Assembly: GCA_027490925.1 (NCBI GenBank)
Contig: JAIXXF010000045.1
Coordinates: forward strand, 178,116 to 242,115
From: Comamonadaceae bacterium
GTDB taxonomy: Bacteria; Pseudomonadota; Gammaproteobacteria; Burkholderiales; Burkholderiaceae_C
Direction: 5' to 3'
Length of the DNA: 64,000 nt
A program made the position numbers and the translations under genes. Positions 57,665-64,000 of the stretch are shown one piece after another. Numbering within the stretch: the stretch's first letter is position 1; every line of letters starts with the position of its first letter. The notes under the pieces were generated by a model. That model worked only from the letters and a program-made list of their open reading frames with translations. It had not been told where the DNA came from and did no database searches.

Positions 57665-57671
57665 CCCGACC

Positions 57672-57932
57672 ATGCAGCCTGTGAAGATCTACACCACCGC
57701 CACCTGCCCGTATTGCGTTCGGGCCAAGCAGATCCTGGTTGCCAAAGGCGTGGCCGCAATCGAAGAAATCCGCGTCGATCTGCTGCCCGACAGCCGGGTC
57801 GAAATGATGAACATCACCGGTCGGCGCACGGTGCCGCAGATTTTCATTGGCACCACCCATGTGGGCGGTTGCGACGACCTGATGGCACTGGACGCCAGGG
57901 GCGGTTTGATGCCCCTGCTGCAAGCGGGCTGA
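57672..57932 (+). CDS. grxC: glutaredoxin 3
   Basis: Active site CPYC, RRTVPQIFI and GGCDDL. Confidence 0.95.
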   Translation: MQPVKIYTTATCPYCVRAKQILVAKGVAAIEEIRVDLLPDSRVEMMNITGRRTVPQIFIGTTHVGGCDDLMALDARGGLMPLLQAG

Positions 57933-57975
57933 TGGCCCAGGCCCGGCGGCGGAGATAATTGACCCTATCCACCCA

Positions 57976-58008
57976 CCCGCAGTGGCTCGCCACCGCGGGC
58001 TTTTTTTT
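57976..58008 (+). terminator. rho-independent terminator after grxC
   Basis: CCCGCAGTGG-CTCG-CCACCGCGGG (one mismatch) followed by T8. Confidence 0.8.
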
Positions 58009-58121
58009 GACCCCGACCCGGTACCCGTTGGCGGCGGCACTTGCAGGCCCAACCAGCCTGTCGACCCCGTCGCGCCGCCGGTGCCGTGAGGCGCACCCAC
58101 CCCAGAAACCGAAAGACCGAG

Positions 58122-58601
58122 ATGTCCGATTCCAACGCCAACCCATCCGCCTCCGCTGCCAGCGAGCCCGTTTTCCAAATCCAGCGCGTGTATTTGAAAG
58201 AGCTGTCGCTGGAGCAACCGAATTCACCCGCCATCTTGCTGGAGCAGCAGCAGCCTGCGGTGGACATCAAGTTGAACGTGGAGACCGCCCAAGTGGTCGA
58301 GGGCATTTTCGAAGTCATCGTCACAGCAACGGTCCAGACGCTGATCAATGAGAAAACCGTGTTCCTGGTGGAAGCGCGCCAGGCCGGGATTTTCGAAATT
58401 CGCCACGTGCCCGACGACCAAATGGGCCCGATCCTGGGCATTGCCTGCCCGCAGATCGTCTACCCTTATTTGCGCGGCAATGTGGCCGACACCATCCAGC
58501 GCGCCGGTTTCCCGCCGGTTCACCTGACGGAAATCAATTTCCAGGCGATGTACCAGCAGCAGCTGGAAGCCGCCGGAAATGGCGAAAAAGCCGTTGCCTG
58601 A
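58122..58601 (+). CDS. secB: protein-export chaperone SecB
   Basis: [19 protein letters not shown] and [21 protein letters not shown] at 58122 lies inside track ORF 58041..58601. Confidence 0.94.
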   Translation: MSDSNANPSASAASEPVFQIQRVYLKELSLEQPNSPAILLEQQQPAVDIKLNVETAQVVEGIFEVIVTATVQTLINEKTVFLVEARQAGIFEIRHVPDDQMGPILGIACPQIVYPYLRGNVADTIQRAGFPPVHLTEINFQAMYQQQLEAAGNGEKAVA

Positions 58602-58662
58602 GAGCTTGGCCGGATCAATCAGGTCATTTCGGTCCTGAGCCCACGCGTCGTCTCGTTTTAAT

Positions 58663-58679
58663 GCTATGAAAATCATAGT
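58663..58679. repeat. AT-rich 17-nt palindromic motif, copy D (GCTATGAAAATCATAGT)
   Basis: Read directly. It contains the gpsA start codon. Confidence 0.35.
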
Positions 58680-59706
58680 CATTGGGTCGGGTGCCTGGGG
58701 CACAGCTCTGGCCATCAGTGCCGCCCGCAGTGGCCGACACGATGTCACCCTGTGGGCGCGCGACCCGGCGCAGGCCCAGGCCATGGCCCGCGCCCGAGAC
58801 AATGCCCGTTACCTGCCTGGCATTGGCTTTCCACCCGCCCTCGCGGTGGCCGCTGGCTCTCCGTTGGGCGCGGCGGTGGTGGGACACGACCTGGCCATCG
58901 TCGCCACGCCCATGGCCGGTTTGCGCGAGACGCTCTCGGTGCTGTGTCGCGGCCAGGTCCCGTTGGCCTGGTTGTGCAAAGGCTTTGAGGCACCGCTGGG
59001 CCATGGCCCCGCCGCAGTGCCCGCTGGCACCTTGGGCCTGCTTGGCCACGAGGTACAGCAGCAGCTGTGGTCGGACCTGCGCGTGCCAGGCCCGGGCTGT
59101 GGCGTTCTCAGCGGGCCCAGCTTCGCCCAAGAGGTGGCGCGCGGCCAGCCCACCGCGCTGGTGGCCGCCAGCCGCGAAGCGGCGGTACGCAACGCTTTGG
59201 TGGACGCCTTCCACAGCCCCACCTTGCGGGTTTATGCGAACGACGACGTCACCGGGGTCGAGGTGGGGGGCGCTGTCAAGAATGTGTTGGCCATCGCCAC
59301 TGGCTTGTGCGATGGCCTGAAGCTCGGGCTCAACGCCAGGGCGGCGCTCATCACCCGTGGACTGGCCGAAATGACCCGGCTCGGCCTGGCGTTGGGCGCG
59401 CGCGCCGAGACCTTCATGGGGCTCAGCGGCCTGGGCGATCTCGTGCTCACCGCCACCGGCGACCTGAGCCGCAACCGGCGCGTGGGCCAACTGCTGGCCG
59501 AAGGCCGCACTCTGGCCCAGGCGGTGGATTCTCTGGGCCACGTGGCCGAAGGGGTGTACAGCGCCCGCACCGTGGCGCAACGCGCGAGCAGCCTGGGGGT
59601 GGATATGCCCATCACCCAGGCGGTGGTGGCGCTGCTGGATGGTCAGACACACCCCTCAGCCGCGGTGGCGTCGCTGATGGGCCGGGGTGCCCGCGGCGAG
59701 GTCTGA
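58666..59706 (+). CDS. gpsA: NAD(P)H-dependent glycerol-3-phosphate dehydrogenase
   Basis: [28 protein letters not shown] and SRNRRVG. Confidence 0.95.
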   Translation: MKIIVIGSGAWGTALAISAARSGRHDVTLWARDPAQAQAMARARDNARYLPGIGFPPALAVAAGSPLGAAVVGHDLAIVATPMAGLRETLSVLCRGQVPLAWLCKGFEAPLGHGPAAVPAGTLGLLGHEVQQQLWSDLRVPGPGCGVLSGPSFAQEVARGQPTALVAASREAAVRNALVDAFHSPTLRVYANDDVTGVEVGGAVKNVLAIATGLCDGLKLGLNARAALITRGLAEMTRLGLALGARAETFMGLSGLGDLVLTATGDLSRNRRVGQLLAEGRTLAQAVDSLGHVAEGVYSARTVAQRASSLGVDMPITQAVVALLDGQTHPSAAVASLMGRGARGEV

Positions 59707-59842
59707 GTCCCACAGAGGGTGTGTCGCCCATGGGGGGAGTGCAAACTGCCCACGCCCAGCTTAAGCGCGACAAGACACCCCGCCTCACGTCAGGCGTGCG
59801 CCAATCACCTGCCATCGCGCCGGGCGTGGGGTCCGCCTGTGT

Positions 59843-61678
<1,836 letters not shown>

Positions 61679-61733
61679 TCAGTCTATTCCATCGGTGCCG
61701 ACCCCGCGCGGTGGGAGCCGTTATGCTCCCAGC

Positions 61734-62621
61734 ATGGTTTTTAGCCCCCCATTGACCGACGAATTCTCGCCCGCTGCGCTGCGCGCCCTGGCCGACGCCG
61801 ACGTGGCCCGAGCCCTGGCCGAAGACCTGGGCAGTGGTGACCTCACCGCCGCACTCATTGCCCCCGAGCAGCGCACACACGCCCGCGTGCTGGCGCGCGA
61901 GGCCGCGGTGTTGTGCGGCCGCCCCTGGGTCGAGGCCACCTTGCGGGCACTGGACCCCAGCGCCACCGCGGTGTGGCACGTCGCCGAGGGCGCACACTGC
62001 GGGGCCGACCAGGTGGTGCTGGAGCTGCAGGGCCACGCCCGGGCCCTGTTGAGCGCGGAACGAACACTGTTGAACTTCTTGCAGCTGCTCAGCGCGGTGG
62101 CCACCCGAACCGCTACCTACGTCGAGCGGGTCCACGGCACACGGGCCGCAATTGTTGACACGCGCAAAACCCTGCCGGGGTTGCGCCTGGCTCAAAAGTA
62201 CGCGGTGAAAACCGGTGGCGGCGTTAACCACCGCATCGGCCTGTACGACGCGGTGCTGATCAAAGAAAACCACATCGCCGCGGCGGGCGGCATCCCACAG
62301 GTGCTGGCTGCGGCACAGGCCAGCGCGGCGGCGGCCAAGTTCATCGAAATCGAGGTCGAAACCGTGGCGCAGTTGAGGCTGGCGCTGGACCACGGCGCAC
62401 GGATGGTGTTGCTCGACAACATGGATTTGCCCACCCTGCGTGAGGCGGTGCGCATCAATGCCGGTCGGGCCGTTCTGGAAATTTCAGGTGGCGTGGGGCT
62501 GGACACGGTGCGGGCTCTGGCCGACACCGGTGTCGACCGCATCTCGATCGGCGCACTGACCAAGGACATCAAGGCGACCGACTTCTCCATGCGCTTTCAG
62601 GAGCTGCCATGTCTGAAATGA
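61734..62621 (+). CDS. nadC: nicotinate-nucleotide diphosphorylase (carboxylating)
   Basis: [38 protein letters not shown] and LLDNM. ATG 61734 lies inside the track ORF from 61557. Confidence 0.92.
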   Translation: MVFSPPLTDEFSPAALRALADADVARALAEDLGSGDLTAALIAPEQRTHARVLAREAAVLCGRPWVEATLRALDPSATAVWHVAEGAHCGADQVVLELQGHARALLSAERTLLNFLQLLSAVATRTATYVERVHGTRAAIVDTRKTLPGLRLAQKYAVKTGGGVNHRIGLYDAVLIKENHIAAAGGIPQVLAAAQASAAAAKFIEIEVETVAQLRLALDHGARMVLLDNMDLPTLREAVRINAGRAVLEISGGVGLDTVRALADTGVDRISIGALTKDIKATDFSMRFQELPCLK

Positions 62622-63733
62622 GCGGGGTGTTCCGGGTCGACTACGACCAGCCCGACACCCAAACCGGCGGCGCCTGTAGCACCCAGCATGCCTGGGCCAA
62701 GGTGCCGGTGGAACCGTCGAGTGCCGAGCGGGCGGCGTTGAAAGACGACATCCGCCGCCTGCTCAAAGAACGCGACGCGGTCATGGTGTCGCATTACTAC
62801 GTGCACCCAGACCTTCAAGACCTGGCGGAAGAGACCGGTGGCATCGTCAGCGACTCGCTGGAGATGGCGCGCTTCGGCCGCGACCATGCCGCACAGACTT
62901 TGGTGGTGTCGGGGGTGCGTTTCATGGGCGAGACCGCCAAAATCCTGTCGCCCGAGAAAACCGTGCTGATGCCCGACCTGGACGCGACCTGTTCGCTCGA
63001 CCTGGGCTGTCCGGTGGACGAGTTCGGCGCGTTTTGCGATGCCCATCCCGACCGCACCGTGGTGGTCTATGCCAACACCAGCGCGGCGGTGAAAGCGCGG
63101 GCCGACTGGTTGGTCACATCGAGCTGCGCGCTGGACATCGTGCGCGCGCTCAAAGACCAGGGCCAGAAAATCCTGTGGGCACCCGACAAACACCTGGGGG
63201 GCTACATCCAGCGCGAAACCGGTGCCGACATGGTGTTCTGGAACGGTGCCTGCATCGTGCACGACGAGTTCAAGGCTTTCGAACTCGCAGCGCTGAAACA
63301 GCAGCACCCCAAAGCCAAGGTGTTGGTGCACCCCGAAAGCCCAGCCGACGTGGTCGCCTTGGCCGACGCGGTGGGATCGACCTCCGCCATCCTGAAGGCG
63401 GCACGCGACATGGACGCGACCGAGTTCATCGTCGCGACCGACAACGGCATGATGCACAAGTTGCGCAGCTTGAACCCTGGCAAGACCTTTATCGAGGCCC
63501 CCACCGCAGGCAACAGCGCCACCTGCAAGAGCTGCGCGCACTGCCCCTGGATGGCAATGAACGGCCTGGCTGGGTTGGCCCATGTGTTGGCGACAGGCGC
63601 CAACCGGGTGGAAGTCGACCCCGCTGTCATTCCCCGGGCCCGACGGCCGATTGATCGCATGCTGGCGTTCACTGCGGCCCTGAAGAACGGTCAGCCAGTG
63701 GGCGCGCTGGTGTCGGGTATCGGCGCCGCCTGA
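62609..63733 (+). CDS. nadA: quinolinate synthase
   Basis: VSHYYV, conserved Cys residues (..ATCSL.., ..GACIVH.., ..[11 protein letters not shown]). The alternative ATG 62618 would give an ATGA overlap with the nadC stop. Confidence 0.93.
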   Translation: MSEMSGVFRVDYDQPDTQTGGACSTQHAWAKVPVEPSSAERAALKDDIRRLLKERDAVMVSHYYVHPDLQDLAEETGGIVSDSLEMARFGRDHAAQTLVVSGVRFMGETAKILSPEKTVLMPDLDATCSLDLGCPVDEFGAFCDAHPDRTVVVYANTSAAVKARADWLVTSSCALDIVRALKDQGQKILWAPDKHLGGYIQRETGADMVFWNGACIVHDEFKAFELAALKQQHPKAKVLVHPESPADVVALADAVGSTSAILKAARDMDATEFIVATDNGMMHKLRSLNPGKTFIEAPTAGNSATCKSCAHCPWMAMNGLAGLAHVLATGANRVEVDPAVIPRARRPIDRMLAFTAALKNGQPVGALVSGIGAA

Positions 63734-63805
63734 ACCCGACCTCAGTTGTTCGTTGCCCAGGCCACTGACAGCGGCGCGACGCAGGGCGTGTTTGTGACCG
63801 TGTCC

Positions 63806-64000
63806 ATGCCGCATTCACTCATTGATTTTGCCGACCCCCACGGCGGCCCGCGCACGCGCGTCGCATTCGATGCCCCGCACGCGGTGCGGGTGGCGCACCG
63901 CGCCGACGAGGTGGGCCCGGTGCTGGCCGAGGTCGACCGCCACGCCACGGCGGGCGGCTGGGCGGTCGGCTACCTGCGCTACGAAGCCGCCACGGCCTTC
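63806..64000 (+). CDS. aminodeoxychorismate/anthranilate synthase component I-like protein, N-terminal fragment (runs off the right edge)
   Basis: Not in the track. Hand translation from ATG 63806 gives MPHSLIDFADPHGGPRTRVAFDAPHAVRVAHRADEVGPVLAEVDRHATAGGWAVGYLRYEAATAF, which resembles PabB-type N-termini. Only 65 codons are visible. Confidence 0.55.
   Translation, partial: MPHSLIDFADPHGGPRTRVAFDAPHAVRVAHRADEVGPVLAEVDRHATAGGWAVGYLRYEAATAF

Overview
High-GC (roughly two-thirds G+C by eye, not computed), gene-dense chromosomal segment with about 67 protein genes and 4 tRNAs. Gene order is typical of a Burkholderiales (Comamonadaceae-like) betaproteobacterium; that taxon call is inference from synteny and protein sequences only. 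Most of the window is conserved housekeeping: ftsY / M16 peptidase pair-rsmD-coaD, pth-rplY-prs-tRNAGln-ispE-lolB, mutM/mutY, nadK-recN-rapZ, hrcA, greB, spoT-rpoZ-gmk-yicC, rph-rdgB-hemW, the rhodanese-grxC-secB-gpsA block divergent from gpmA-ctpA, panCB and nadCA. I found no transposase, integrase, prophage, CRISPR array or rRNA. Several pieces are less ordinary: (1) a solitary dynamin-like GTPase between mutM and mutY, translationally coupled to mutY; (2) a PD-(D/E)XK nuclease fused to an XPD/DinG-type Fe-S helicase, divergent from a small HNH protein; (3) a minimal non-RD Ser/Thr kinase with a PP2C phosphatase; (4) a TetR-controlled BVMO-SDR-SDR-esterase cluster; (5) a co-directional envelope cluster (Tat-lipoprotein, HAD, PAP2, EptA/MCR-like transferase, DUF502); (6) an orphan 'ligase-associated' Lhr-like helicase without its usual partners. 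Smaller oddities are a palindrome-bearing in-frame insertion in ftsY, a hairpin terminator between rpoZ and spoT, a missing envC-type gene between gpmA and ctpA, and a recurrent AT-rich 17-nt palindromic motif at gene boundaries. None of these is proven novel from sequence alone, and all functional statements rest on motif recognition by eye. Many long ORFs in the supplied track are antisense or out-of-frame shadows typical of high-GC DNA and were rejected. Two edge-truncated genes missing from the track were added by hand translation.
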